Part shown: positions 29,912-40,362 of the stretch, piece by piece
Numbering within the stretch: the first letter of the stretch is position 1
Layout: each line of letters starts with the position of its first letter
Sequence record: NZ_CP082905.1
DNA length: 64,000 bases
Direction: 5' to 3' (one strand)
Origin: a plasmid
Position numbers and translations under genes: made by a program
The notes under the pieces: generated by a model
Databases searched by the model: none
Told to the model about the DNA's origin: nothing
The model's input: the letters and a program-made list of their open reading frames with translations, nothing else

Positions 29912-32782
29912 TTACGGCTTTTTCTTTTGCTCATCAAGGAATTCTTTTGTCTTCTCATTTTTATTGAGCATATCATTAGCTTCTTTTGGGAGCCAATTCC
30001 CTTGAGCTTTATCAGCTGCAGTCTTTTCACGCTGATAATTTTGACCTGCTCGGCTAAATTCATCTTGTCTTTCATTTACTCCTGCCTGAGATTTAGCTTC
30101 ACCTGAATTCAGTTCCGTCTGTGCTTGGCTCGCTCTTTTATTCACGGCTGCACTTTGGGCCTCAACTTCTCCGCTCACATCTGTACGAATGCTGTTCTTG
30201 GCCACACCCGCTTTAATGCTCTGGTTTGCGCTGTTATATCCGCTACCAAACTGCGTACCTGCTGTATTCGCCGGTGCGCCCATACCTTCTCCCGTACTTC
30301 CTGAGTTGCGCGCATAATCACCATCAATACGCCCCTGAAGCTTCTCAGCAAAGAACTCCTGAACCAGACCGTCACGCTGTTTCTGAACGTTTTCATCTGA
30401 AGTATTGGTAAGAATGGTTTCGGCATTACCTGGCGAACGCTGCATTGCCCACTGCACAAACTGCTGCGTGTAGTTGTCGCGCGCGCCTGCGCTGAGCGTT
30501 TCGGTCTCAGAGGCCATCTTCTGCAGCTCATGCGTATGTGACTGGCTGGCAGTGTACTGCGCATATTTGCTGTCAGAGGTAGTGATGCCAGAGGAAATCT
30601 GGTTCATCAGGCCGGACGCGTTGTTATCAACGTGCTGTCCATTGTAAGTCGTGCTGTAGTTACGCAGCACGTCCATACCCTGACTGAAGTCCTGCGATTC
30701 GCGTGCAGAAATGGTCTGGGAGTTGTCGTTTCCTTTTTGTCCTCCCTGAGTAGTCTGTGATGTTGAACCTGTTCGCCCCGTTGTCTCAACCCCAGCATGC
30801 ACATCTGCTTTACCTGAAAAACCAGTTACGAGTTCAGCACCCTTTCCAAACAGATGCTTGCTGCTATCAACACCAGCCTGTACGCGCGCGCCACCATTAA
30901 CAGCCAGATCGCGCGATTTGTTTTCAAGCTCAGAGTACGCCTCATTAAGGGAGATATGGTTACGGGTCGCATAGTCCTGCGCCACATTCTGCATTTTGTT
31001 CACACGCTCGGCATCGGTCACGCTTAAGCCGGTTGAAGCTGAGAGCGTTTTCGAGTCGCTGTTGCCGAACTGCTCATGGAACTGTTTGAGCTGCGAGCCG
31101 GTTTCCTGCACCGAGTGGTTGTAACCCTGCGCCGCCATTTCGGTCTGTGCCATGCTGTCACGCACCGAGCGCTGCGCTGCGCTTGCCAGATTGCGGTCAA
31201 GGTGCAGATCGACCGGCAGCCGGCTGGTTGCACCTGATGCGTCATACACCGTCTGCCCCTCCTGCGTCATGGTGCGCATCGCCCCGTTACCCAGCTGCAT
31301 CGTGGTATTGCCCTCGCGGTATACACGGTTCAGGTCTGTTTTGTGCCCGTTAATGTTATCGAGCTGCACGTTACCCACGCTCATGTTGCCGGACGCCACC
31401 GCGCCGGAATCTGCGGCAGACGCGCTGCTGAGCGCGCTGCCCAGACTGGAGCTGAGACTCGCAAAGCCCTGGCCCAGCCCCGTGAAAAGACGGAATGCCA
31501 GGAACGGTATCGAGAGCATCAGCCAGCCTGCTATACCTGCCGTGGTGGTGCTGGTTTCCATCAGGCGGTTCATGTTGGACAGCGTCGGTCCCGTGGCGTG
31601 GAAGCTGTTCTGCGTGCTGTAGTTCACGGCAAAGTTAAAGATGGCGAACATCACCGGCCAGAGCATCAGGCTCCCCATAAAGTTCAGGTAGTTCTTGATA
31701 ACCGACCAGGCAATTTCCCGCACGTACAGCGCCAGCACCATCACCGGGAAGATGCAGATGCAGAACAGCAGCAATACCGTATGCAGCTGCGGCAGCACCT
31801 CCGTTGCGATGGTGTAGCTCACCGCATGCGACAGCCTGAGCTTCATCAGCGACTGCTCGGAGGCAATGTCCACCATCGAGGCGGTGTCGTTCATGCCCTT
31901 CACGTAGCTGTTCAGCCCGCGCCGCAGGCCCGCGACGGCGATGTTCTGCATCATGATGGTCTGCGCAGACTTACTGCTGTCAAAAAAGTATTCGTAAGAA
32001 CCCGCCAGCTGCTCGGCATAGACCGTCTGCGGCGCCCGGTTACCCGGCAGCATTCTGGCTGCATGATCCATAAAGGTTGCGCCGGTGTTGTTTCCCTGTG
32101 CCGTCAGCAGGGTTTTTAGTCGCGGTGCCGCCTCGCGGCACACCATGAATGTGGTGCCGGTACCATCACGCCAGTAGACGCCGCGCAGCGGGCTCGGGTT
32201 TTCAAATATCAGCGACGCGACGTCCTCTGACTCCATGACATCCTGCATGCTGTATTTTTGGTTCAGCATGATGTCCGGCACAACGCAATTTTTAGAAAAC
32301 TCCCCCATATTGTAGGTGAGCACCGGGTCACGGCTCTGAACAGTAAAGCTGTCCTGCATCAGCTTGCTGGCGAACAGCATGCCGGTTTTGGTATAAGACC
32401 GCTCATCCGGGAAGTGAAAAATATCTTCATAGCCTGTCGTGAGCGTATAGCCCGCGCCGGTAACAAGATACAGCGGCATCGCCAGGCCTACCGGCACATT
32501 ATCCACCCGCCCTATAGTATCCGGAGCGGTCAGATCGTTGACCACCACGGTGACCTTTGGCGTCAGCAACAGCGCGGTGACCAGCACGAACGTCATTCCC
32601 CACCCGAACATGGCGGTCATGTTATGCGTGCGCAGATAGGTCATTACGCAAAAAGCGATGCCCAGCATCTCCGCCACCCAGATTGTGCTGTGCCAGCCGC
32701 CGTTTTCCATCATGGTCGCCACGGCGTTAAGGCCCATCGTGATCATGCCACCGGAACTCACCACCCAGATATCAAGTGCCAT
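29912..32782 (-). CDS. traG: TraG (F-type mating-pair stabilisation / entry-exclusion determinant)
   Basis: 956 aa, N-terminal polytopic membrane domain, large periplasmic C-terminal domain; position and size match. Confidence 0.9.
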   Translation of the reverse strand: MALDIWVVSSGGMITMGLNAVATMMENGGWHSTIWVAEMLGIAFCVMTYLRTHNMTAMFGWGMTFVLVTALLLTPKVTVVVNDLTAPDTIGRVDNVPVGLAMPLYLVTGAGYTLTTGYEDIFHFPDERSYTKTGMLFASKLMQDSFTVQSRDPVLTYNMGEFSKNCVVPDIMLNQKYSMQDVMESEDVASLIFENPSPLRGVYWRDGTGTTFMVCREAAPRLKTLLTAQGNNTGATFMDHAARMLPGNRAPQTVYAEQLAGSYEYFFDSSKSAQTIMMQNIAVAGLRRGLNSYVKGMNDTASMVDIASEQSLMKLRLSHAVSYTIATEVLPQLHTVLLLFCICIFPVMVLALYVREIAWSVIKNYLNFMGSLMLWPVMFAIFNFAVNYSTQNSFHATGPTLSNMNRLMETSTTTAGIAGWLMLSIPFLAFRLFTGLGQGFASLSSSLGSALSSASAADSGAVASGNMSVGNVQLDNINGHKTDLNRVYREGNTTMQLGNGAMRTMTQEGQTVYDASGATSRLPVDLHLDRNLASAAQRSVRDSMAQTEMAAQGYNHSVQETGSQLKQFHEQFGNSDSKTLSASTGLSVTDAERVNKMQNVAQDYATRNHISLNEAYSELENKSRDLAVNGGARVQAGVDSSKHLFGKGAELVTGFSGKADVHAGVETTGRTGSTSQTTQGGQKGNDNSQTISARESQDFSQGMDVLRNYSTTYNGQHVDNNASGLMNQISSGITTSDSKYAQYTASQSHTHELQKMASETETLSAGARDNYTQQFVQWAMQRSPGNAETILTNTSDENVQKQRDGLVQEFFAEKLQGRIDGDYARNSGSTGEGMGAPANTAGTQFGSGYNSANQSIKAGVAKNSIRTDVSGEVEAQSAAVNKRASQAQTELNSGEAKSQAGVNERQDEFSRAGQNYQREKTAADKAQGNWLPKEANDMLNKNEKTKEFLDEQKKKP

Positions 32783-34152
32783 CAGTTACTCCCGAATTGA
32801 TAGTTCGACAGCACGCTGTCGGAGACGGATGAAGAAAGCTGCTGGCGCGTCTCGGACAGGCTGCGATCGTACTCAGCCAGTCCGTTCTGTTGCACCTGAA
32901 TGCGCGCGACGCGCTGGCTCAGCTCGTTACGCACCTGACGCAGGTTCTCGCGAAAATGCTTGTTCTCTTCTTCGGTATCGAGCGTGCCGGCGGCGCCGCT
33001 GGCGGCCACGTCAATCAGCCCGTTGATATAGGACATCACCATGTCGGCCGCGATGTACTCCGCCAGGCTGCTGACCACGCTCTGATCCATGCCCACCGAC
33101 GCCGAGTCGATGGTGTAACGCAGGATACGCACGCGGGTGCTGCTGATGAGCGCCTTCTCGCTTTCGGTCAGCGCCGTATCGCTGCGGGCCTTATCAAAAA
33201 TGTCGTTAAGCATGTCACGCACCCGGCCGGTCATGCCTTCGTCTTCCGACAGGGTCAGATTCGCAATGGTTGGCGACAGACAGGTGGTGTTGTCGTTACA
33301 GCGGTAGATTTTCTCGGTTCCGCCGTTCAGCAGCGTGTTAAACATCGACTCGCTGCCCCCGCGCGGCTGCAGGAATGTCGGGTTACCGTTCGCGTCATAA
33401 ATCACTGTGCCAACCATCGACATAATGAATTCCTTGAGTGCGCGGTCGTTGCTGAAGAACTGGTTCAGTTTTGTGAACGTTTCCCATGTCAGGTTGCGGT
33501 TACGCGGGATGCGCTTCTTCTCTTCGTCAGTCGCCTTGCTGAACACGCTGTTGGTTTCGCCACCGACACCGCAGCCCTGACGGGACGCCGCCCAGTCGGA
33601 AAACACATCGTGTTTGGTGCCGAGGTCCTGGCAGATTTGCGCGCTGGCCGCCTGCGTCTTTGGCCACAGGCCGCCGACGATGGACTGCGCGGCCTGACAG
33701 GTGGAAATATTCATGTTGTTGGTGTCCGCCGCAAGCTTCTGCAGGTAGTCCTTCACCGCCTTGCACTGCGGGCAGATGGTTTCGAGCCCGAGGTCAAAGG
33801 CGTAACCGGCAGCATTGCTGAGGATCTGCTTGCCCATGATTTTGATGCTGTCGCTGTTGATGAAGCTGAACGAGCCCAGATAGGCGTCGATGCCGCCGCA
33901 GCCCGACTTGATGTCCGGGAGCGTCACCGAAATCAGCTGAATATTGCGCACCGGCGTACGAATAAACAGGTTGCCACCGGTAAGGTAGCCCGCCGACTGC
34001 CCCTGCCACGCGGCCGCCTGCGTGTAGTTGCCTCCGCCGCCGCCCATCTCGTTAAAGAACTTGTTGATGTCGTTCTGCACGTCCGCACTCGCCGCAGCGG
34101 AGAACAGCAGACCGGCCACGATGCCGGCATTCAGCGTAAATTTGTTCATCAC
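32782..34152 (-). CDS. traH: TraH
   Basis: LPDI..GCGGIDAYLGSFSFIN and SCQAAQ motifs as in F TraH. Confidence 0.9.
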   Translation of the reverse strand: MMNKFTLNAGIVAGLLFSAAASADVQNDINKFFNEMGGGGGNYTQAAAWQGQSAGYLTGGNLFIRTPVRNIQLISVTLPDIKSGCGGIDAYLGSFSFINSDSIKIMGKQILSNAAGYAFDLGLETICPQCKAVKDYLQKLAADTNNMNISTCQAAQSIVGGLWPKTQAASAQICQDLGTKHDVFSDWAASRQGCGVGGETNSVFSKATDEEKKRIPRNRNLTWETFTKLNQFFSNDRALKEFIMSMVGTVIYDANGNPTFLQPRGGSESMFNTLLNGGTEKIYRCNDNTTCLSPTIANLTLSEDEGMTGRVRDMLNDIFDKARSDTALTESEKALISSTRVRILRYTIDSASVGMDQSVVSSLAEYIAADMVMSYINGLIDVAASGAAGTLDTEEENKHFRENLRQVRNELSQRVARIQVQQNGLAEYDRSLSETRQQLSSSVSDSVLSNYQFGSN

Positions 34153-34715
34153 AGCACCCCCAGACGCACGGCCAGCGCAAAGGATTCATCCAGGCGCTGC
34201 TTCAGCGCATCCTCACCCATTTCCCCCTGTGACAGCGGGATGGTCACCAGCGACTGCGTGTTGATAATGAAGTCGGTGGGGGTTGCCTGTGGCAGTTCGG
34301 CGAAGAAGTCCTTCAGAATAGCGTCGTTTACCGGCATAACGTTCGGGAACACCGCGTCGCCCTTGCCGTCAAAGCTGTAGACGAACACGCCGATGCCGGT
34401 CTGCTCAGACACTGACTTCAGGGTCGGGTTGAAACGGTGGCAGTAGGGGCAGTCAGATCGGACAAAATGCACGATCTGCCAGTGCCCCACATCCACACGG
34501 CGACCGTCGCTCAGGTGATACCACACCGGCTTCGTGGGCGCTTGCTGCTGCGCGCCCTGCGCCTTATTTGCAGACGCCTCTCTTTGTGGCTGCCTTTCCG
34601 CCGGCGCGTCCGCGCCCTCTTTCGCCTGCTCCAGGCGGGCAATGTCGTCAATCGTGCTGGCCGTCGCCAGTACCGGCGTAAACATCAGCAGTACGGCAAA
34701 GAGTTTCGAAATCAT
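34149..34715 (-). CDS. trbB: TrbB thioredoxin-like disulfide isomerase
   Basis: Signal peptide and a CPYC motif. Confidence 0.85.
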   Translation of the reverse strand: MISKLFAVLLMFTPVLATASTIDDIARLEQAKEGADAPAERQPQREASANKAQGAQQQAPTKPVWYHLSDGRRVDVGHWQIVHFVRSDCPYCHRFNPTLKSVSEQTGIGVFVYSFDGKGDAVFPNVMPVNDAILKDFFAELPQATPTDFIINTQSLVTIPLSQGEMGEDALKQRLDESFALAVRLGVL

Positions 34716-34718
34716 GGT

Positions 34719-35495
34719 TCAGTCCTCGGGCTGGAAATCGGTAACGATGTTGAGCATGCGCCTGGCCAGGTCATCCTGGGTGATGAAACCGTACGCCAGC
34801 GGCTGGTATTTCTTCGTGCGCGGCTCGACCAGGTAAATGGCCGGGAAGTGTTCGATCTTCATCTTCTCCGCCTGCCCGTTGTTCTGCCGGGTATCCGGCA
34901 GGTCGGGGCTCGCGCGCCCGTCGACGGTGACGGGGATAACGGTCAGGCCGTACTGCTCGCTGAACTCCTTCACCACCCCGCCGAGCCGGTTATCCAGTGG
35001 CTCGTTGCCGCGGTAGAAGAAAAACACGCCGTAGCGCTGGTTCACGTAGCGGATGGCCGCCTGCTGCTTCTGACGCTGCTCGGTGTACTGGATGTTGGCG
35101 GTGCCGTTGTAAAAAGGGTGCTTCAGGCTGTAGTCGAGCTCCGGGTTGTCCAGCAGTACCTTCTCCCAGCGCGAGGCGAACATGCTGGCCTGATTCACCA
35201 TCCAGTCCTGCACGATTTTGTAACGCCGGATGTTCTCGGTGGAGGGGTGCAGCATCGCCTCGTTCATCAGGTTGTCGCGAAACGCCTGCAGGCGCTTCAT
35301 CTTCTGCGTGGGCGTCTCCTGCGGCGGCGCGGGGGGCGGCGCGGGCGACTGCTCGTCCTCATCCTTCTTTACCGGCTCGTTGTACCAGTACCAGCCGACG
35401 GCCGGGTCGTAGTGGTAGCCGTCGGGCTTTTTTTCCTCTGCTGCGTGCAGCGGAAGTACCGCAAGCAGCAGCGTCAGGCCGATAAGTTTTCTCAC
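34719..35495 (-). CDS. traF: TraF (thioredoxin-fold pilus assembly protein)
   Basis: PLAYGFITQDDLARRMLNIVTDF matches the F TraF C-terminus. Confidence 0.9.
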   Translation of the reverse strand: MRKLIGLTLLLAVLPLHAAEEKKPDGYHYDPAVGWYWYNEPVKKDEDEQSPAPPPAPPQETPTQKMKRLQAFRDNLMNEAMLHPSTENIRRYKIVQDWMVNQASMFASRWEKVLLDNPELDYSLKHPFYNGTANIQYTEQRQKQQAAIRYVNQRYGVFFFYRGNEPLDNRLGGVVKEFSEQYGLTVIPVTVDGRASPDLPDTRQNNGQAEKMKIEHFPAIYLVEPRTKKYQPLAYGFITQDDLARRMLNIVTDFQPED

Positions 35496-35497
35496 GC

Positions 35498-37342
35498 TTA
35501 GTCTCCTGATTTGAGGCTGTTCCGGATGTCAGAGGTAATACGCTGGTTCAGTGCATCCTGATCGGGCAGTTTGATGTTGCTGTTGAGATCGTCGTAAAAA
35601 TCGCTGAAATCGATGTGGTCAAACTTAATGCCCTGCAGCTCAGCCACTTTTATTCCCCGGCAGTCCGGGCTTTCACCAGAACCGAAGCTGATACCCAGCT
35701 GGTCACGGCGCCCCTGCTCCTGCACAATGCGGGCGAGCTTGCTGTCGAAGACGCAGTAGCCCTCTTTCTTCTGCAGGCAGACCCCGAGCACCTTTTTCGA
35801 GCAGTAAGAGCCAACCTTCACGACCAGCTTTTTCTCCTTGCCGGTACCAATCTCTTTTTCCTCGGTATTGCAGTGCGCAAGTCCCACGTCCTGACCCCAG
35901 CCCCCGCTTTTGCAGCAGTTACTGAAGCCGGCCGCGCTCTTGCGACATGCCATTGCCTTGCCCGTAAAGGCCGTCACCGAATTGGGGTCCATGCCCGCGA
36001 AGTCTTTACCTGCCGCTGCGAGCGCAGCCAGCTGAGACACGGCGGCTTCAAAGTTCTGGTTCTGGCCCGCCTGCATCGCCGAGCAGCTGCCGTCCGAGCA
36101 GTAAAACTCCGAGCCGCAGATGTAGCCGGTGCTCTTTACGGTGTGTGCGCACTGGTAAGTCAGTTTGCTGTAAACACAAAGATTGCCGATTTTTTGGGTA
36201 CAGGTGCGTGTACCCTCACTGCAGTTCGGATCGTTGATGTACGCCTGACAGGTGTTGGTGTCGTCTTCAAAAATGTTCCACTGCGTGGTGTAGCCCCAGC
36301 AGTCGCTGTAAAGACTGTAGGCCTTGCCGCCGACGGTCACAGAGCGGGTGCCGCCCGGGTCGCTGCAGACCTCACTCATCTTCACGGCATCCCCCATATC
36401 TGCCGGGCAGCTGCTGGTCCACTGAAGCGTCGGTACAACCGTATCCCTGACAGCCTCCATCGGCAGGGTAATGCGCAGAACAATCCAGCCCTTTGTTATC
36501 AGCTGTATCATTCCCTCCCGGCCCTCATCGTAATGCCCGTCGGTGTTGTAGCGTATCCGCATGCTGATAACCTGACCTGCCTCGACCTGCTGAGAGGTGA
36601 TGCTGAAGGTGCCGGAATTGTTAATCTTTGTGCGGACCGTTTTTCCCATGACCTGGAAAGAATAATCAAGGCGATCGCCGTGCCAGCTACTGCTTCTCGG
36701 ATATAACAGTTCCCATGTCCCGCTGCTCACGGTGCCGCTTTCCGGTACTGTGACGTCGTACTGCACCCAGCCATCACTCATCCGTTTACCGGTTACGCTG
36801 CCGGCATTCAGCACCAGTTTCGTGCTGTACGTCTCGCGTGACCCCGTTGTCACGATGGTTGCCTTACGTGTACAGGCCTGTGTCAGGTTATTGGCCATTT
36901 CACAACGGTGTGTGGTGTACGTGGTTTTGTTCAGCTCCTGGGCCACGCACTGGCTGCCGTTCACGCCGGTAATGGCATTGGCGTTTTCCCGGATTTCGTC
37001 GCTGTACTTCATCATGTCGGAGTCATAGCTGAGCGTGTCCGCCGGGTTGTTCACATAGGATTCGCGCGCGGTTTGTCCGAGGTCGGACTCACTCAGTTCC
37101 GTCTGTCCCTTCACGTCGATGTTTGTGGACGTCTGTGTCGGGTCGCCGTACAGGGCGCGCTGCGGCGCGTCTGCGCTGTAATTCTCGAAATAACTGTTCG
37201 GGTTGGCGCTGGTTGTGCCGTCAGCGGCTCTGCCGGCGTTGATGCCTTCCTGATTTGAGGCATCCATCGACGCCGCCAGTGCGCCGGCAGACAGGCAGGT
37301 CAGCAGCAGGCCCTGCAGCAGGGTGCGGGTTGCTTTTTTCAT
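35498..37342 (-). CDS. traN: TraN (Cys-rich outer-membrane mating-pair stabilisation protein)
   Basis: 614 aa, signal peptide, many conserved Cys. Confidence 0.9.
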   Translation of the reverse strand: MKKATRTLLQGLLLTCLSAGALAASMDASNQEGINAGRAADGTTSANPNSYFENYSADAPQRALYGDPTQTSTNIDVKGQTELSESDLGQTARESYVNNPADTLSYDSDMMKYSDEIRENANAITGVNGSQCVAQELNKTTYTTHRCEMANNLTQACTRKATIVTTGSRETYSTKLVLNAGSVTGKRMSDGWVQYDVTVPESGTVSSGTWELLYPRSSSWHGDRLDYSFQVMGKTVRTKINNSGTFSITSQQVEAGQVISMRIRYNTDGHYDEGREGMIQLITKGWIVLRITLPMEAVRDTVVPTLQWTSSCPADMGDAVKMSEVCSDPGGTRSVTVGGKAYSLYSDCWGYTTQWNIFEDDTNTCQAYINDPNCSEGTRTCTQKIGNLCVYSKLTYQCAHTVKSTGYICGSEFYCSDGSCSAMQAGQNQNFEAAVSQLAALAAAGKDFAGMDPNSVTAFTGKAMACRKSAAGFSNCCKSGGWGQDVGLAHCNTEEKEIGTGKEKKLVVKVGSYCSKKVLGVCLQKKEGYCVFDSKLARIVQEQGRRDQLGISFGSGESPDCRGIKVAELQGIKFDHIDFSDFYDDLNSNIKLPDQDALNQRITSDIRNSLKSGD

Positions 37343-37397
37343 CTGGATTTCCGGTAATGGGGTGAAAACGGCCCGCCGCAGCGGGCAGTGGGATCAG

Positions 37398-37838
37398 TCA
37401 GGACTTGTTACGACAATCACCGCGTTCATTGATCATGCCCAGCGCCTGGTTCAGCGCCACGTTGCCGTACACGATGTCGAAGTGTTCGCCGCACTTCTTC
37501 ACCAGCGCCGGGACCTGCTTCACGCCGTAGCGGTCAAAGCGAACCGGGTCAATCTGCACGCCACGAACCCGGTAGGTGGTGACCATGTACATCATGTACT
37601 TCGCGGTCTGCTCCATGCTGTCGCCGACCAGTCCCCGGAAGTACACCGGGATGTCCCGCGCTTCGGCCGCCTTCATCAGGATGGCCAGCTCTTTTTCCGG
37701 CACCGAGGCGGACAGGAAGTAGGCCGTCTCGTTTTCCGTGCTACCGACCTGTGTGCCCTGCGGCGCGTCTTCGGCCCGTGTGGCCAGCGCCGCCGTAAGA
37801 CCGGCGACAAGCAGCAGCGTGTTGCGTGTTTTCCTCAT
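37398..37838 (-). CDS. trbC: TrbC
   Basis: Position between traN and traU; signal peptide; pattern of the TrbC C-terminal domain. Confidence 0.7.
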   Translation of the reverse strand: MRKTRNTLLLVAGLTAALATRAEDAPQGTQVGSTENETAYFLSASVPEKELAILMKAAEARDIPVYFRGLVGDSMEQTAKYMMYMVTTYRVRGVQIDPVRFDRYGVKQVPALVKKCGEHFDIVYGNVALNQALGMINERGDCRNKS

Positions 37839-37848
37839 ATGTCCTCGC

Positions 37849-38856
37849 TTAAAGCACGACGCAGTTGCGCTTTTTCCAGATGAGATAGCCGTAGTTCTTT
37901 TTGCTGTTCGGCATTTCCTTGCCGGTCTGCCACAGCATCACGTTGCGCCCGAACGGATGACACGCCGCCACGTCCGGGATGGTGTTCACCATCTGATAGC
38001 GGTAGCGGCTTTTCGGCATGATCGCAGACGGGTACTCGTAGCAGACGGCCGTGTTATAGGGCACGGTATCGAGGATGAGTCCCTCACGGTGCAGCTTGAA
38101 ATCCATGCGCTCAGAGAGCAGCGCCCCGCTGTTAAGCCCGCTGGACTCGTTCACAATGTTGCCGGTAAACGGGTACATTGAGCCGTGCGAGCCGGCACAC
38201 CAGAACAGCGCATCAATTGGCTTGCTCACCCCGGCCGCCACCGCGTCCGCCGCGCAGGCCATCTGCGCAATCGGGTTGGCAAACAGCATTACCTCCGGGT
38301 TCAGAAACAGCGCCAGGTTGTCATTCTGCCAGGTCGGGTCCAGCTCCGAGAGGTAGCCGATGTCATACTCCCCGCCCTGCATACACATCTCAGAGGTAAT
38401 GATGTTGAGCCAGGAGATCAGCGGGTACTTGTACCAGTGAACGTGATAGAACGTGCCCGGGTGCTCATTCGCCGTTTTCGTGCCGGTGCCTGTGCCGGTG
38501 TTCGGGATATTGATGTTAAAGCCGCCCATGTTCACCATGCAGCCCGGCGAGCGCGTCACGTCCGTCATCGCAAACGGCTCCCAGAAACCAATCGCGATGC
38601 CCGGACGCTCAAAAACGGGTGGCGGTGCCGGGCAGAACTGAATGGGCGATGACGGGTTTTCGGTATCCGGCAGCGACCCGGCTGACACCTGCACGCTGCC
38701 GATACTCATCGGGAACAGACACTCCCAGCACACGTCGGTGATGGGGTTAACCCAGCGCCCGTCACAGGTCAGGGAGGTATTGCCGCTGCTGTCAGCGGCC
38801 TGTGCCGGCTGGCAGCCCCACACCGCGAGCGCCAGTAAAAGCGTGCGCCAGACCAT
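37849..38856 (-). CDS. traU: TraU
   Basis: CDGRWVNPITDVCWECLFP... matches the F TraU signature; start trimmed to MVWRTLLLALAV. Confidence 0.9.
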   Translation of the reverse strand: MVWRTLLLALAVWGCQPAQAADSSGNTSLTCDGRWVNPITDVCWECLFPMSIGSVQVSAGSLPDTENPSSPIQFCPAPPPVFERPGIAIGFWEPFAMTDVTRSPGCMVNMGGFNINIPNTGTGTGTKTANEHPGTFYHVHWYKYPLISWLNIITSEMCMQGGEYDIGYLSELDPTWQNDNLALFLNPEVMLFANPIAQMACAADAVAAGVSKPIDALFWCAGSHGSMYPFTGNIVNESSGLNSGALLSERMDFKLHREGLILDTVPYNTAVCYEYPSAIMPKSRYRYQMVNTIPDVAACHPFGRNVMLWQTGKEMPNSKKNYGYLIWKKRNCVVL

Positions 38857-38857
38857 G

Positions 38858-39667
38858 TCAGCCCCCTGCGCCGCGCGCTTTTTCCACTGCCGCCTGCAGC
38901 GCCTGCAGGTCAGTCGCCCCCGGGATAACGCTGATATTCTCAGCGGTGGCACCCTTCACCGGCATCACGAAGAAAGCGGGCGTGCCCTGAATGCCGAGGC
39001 GTTTTGCAAGCGCGTTATTTTTCTCCAGCGCGGCGCCCATTGCCTCAACCTCTTCTTTCGGCGTGGCGGTCACGCCTGCCTTCACCGCCGCCTGGCGGAT
39101 ATCCTCATCCAGCAGCTTCCCTTCGTTGTGGCCGGTGGCATAGAGCGCGGCATGGTAGCGGTGGTACGCGTCGGCGCCGCCGTCTTTATAAACGGACAGG
39201 CCAACTTTCGCTGCCTGCACCGAGGCGGGCCAGCGGCTGCCAAAAATCGGCCACTCCTTATAGATGAAACGCACGTCCGGGTTCTGGCGGATGAACTGCT
39301 CCACGGTCGGGGCGACCTTCGCACAGTAGATGCACTGGTAGTCAAAGAACTGAATGACCGCGACATCGCCCTTCGGGTGCAGCACCGGCGAGGTGGGGTC
39401 ATTCAGCAGGGCGTCCTGATTTTCCAGCGCCGCGCCGGCGGCGGCGGTCATCTGTTTTTCCTGCGACTGTGCCTGCAACTTCTGGCTCATTTCGATCAGG
39501 ATTTCCGGGTGCGCGCGCAGGTAGTCTGCCGCGACCTCACCAATCTGCTGCTTCTGCGCGTCGCTGAAAGTGCTGGCTGCACCTGCAGCGGCGATCCCGG
39601 CAGTGTCAGCGGTGGCGTAGCCGGCCAGGCTCAGCATCAGGGCGGCGGCGAGGATGTGCTTTTTCAT
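38858..39667 (-). CDS. periplasmic thiol:disulfide interchange protein (DsbA/DsbC/ScsC-like) encoded inside the tra operon
   Basis: Signal peptide, a CIYC thioredoxin motif, and a DsbC-type N-terminal dimerisation region. Confidence 0.8.
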   Translation of the reverse strand: MKKHILAAALMLSLAGYATADTAGIAAAGAASTFSDAQKQQIGEVAADYLRAHPEILIEMSQKLQAQSQEKQMTAAAGAALENQDALLNDPTSPVLHPKGDVAVIQFFDYQCIYCAKVAPTVEQFIRQNPDVRFIYKEWPIFGSRWPASVQAAKVGLSVYKDGGADAYHRYHAALYATGHNEGKLLDEDIRQAAVKAGVTATPKEEVEAMGAALEKNNALAKRLGIQGTPAFFVMPVKGATAENISVIPGATDLQALQAAVEKARGAGG

Positions 39668-39678
39668 GTCTGGCTCCG

Positions 39679-40329
39679 TTAGCGGTCGGGAAGACCGAAT
39701 TCTGTAATAAGGAAGAGTTTTTGCCCCGGTGCCTGCTTCACTTCCGCAGGTACCTGCGTGATGCCGAATTTTTTCGTGATACTGCCGGTCTGGTCGAAGT
39801 ACACCCGGCTGCCGAGCGCTTCAGCGCTGTCGCGCACGTTGCCGTTGACCAGGATGATGCGAGAAGTCGTCGTGTGCGGCACCTGCTGCTTCATCCAGGT
39901 AATCTGCCGGTCGTCGTCGGCGTCGATGAAATACAGCGTCTCGTCAAACACCGGGATGACATCAAAGGGGTTCACCTTCTGCCCCTTATGCGCGAACACC
40001 ACGCCGTTGTGGTCGGCGATGTCGCGCTGCACCGTGAACGACGGGTCAAACAGGCGGCTGTGCGTCTCGCGCCCGGTGGTGAGTCCCGGCACCGGTGGCG
40101 GGCGCATCGCCTCGTCTTCAGCCTTTTGCTGCATCTCCCGCTCGATGTCGGCCTGCGACCGGCCCTCAAAGTGCTGCTTCAGGTTGTCTTTCAGGACGGC
40201 AATCAGGTTGCGCTCGCGGATGTCCCAGGTATCGCCGTACGTGCCGAGCTCAGCCGCGCCCGCGTGCAGGCTCAGCGTGGCGAGCAGCGCGCCGGCGGCA
40301 ATGCGCGCCAGCGGAGTTGCATGTTTCAT
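39679..40329 (-). CDS. traW: TraW
   Basis: AELGTYGDTWDIRE matches F TraW (ADLGTWGDLWPV); 216 aa. Confidence 0.9.
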   Translation of the reverse strand: MKHATPLARIAAGALLATLSLHAGAAELGTYGDTWDIRERNLIAVLKDNLKQHFEGRSQADIEREMQQKAEDEAMRPPPVPGLTTGRETHSRLFDPSFTVQRDIADHNGVVFAHKGQKVNPFDVIPVFDETLYFIDADDDRQITWMKQQVPHTTTSRIILVNGNVRDSAEALGSRVYFDQTGSITKKFGITQVPAEVKQAPGQKLFLITEFGLPDR

Positions 40330-40362
40330 CGGGGGGCTCCCGGTTGAGGTGATCGGGCAGGG

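Noticed and set aside
34997-35485. 162-aa Arg/Ser/Gly-rich plus-strand ORF within traF, and similar ORFs within the traN-traU region
   Set aside because: Composition typical of reverse-strand reading of GC-rich genes.
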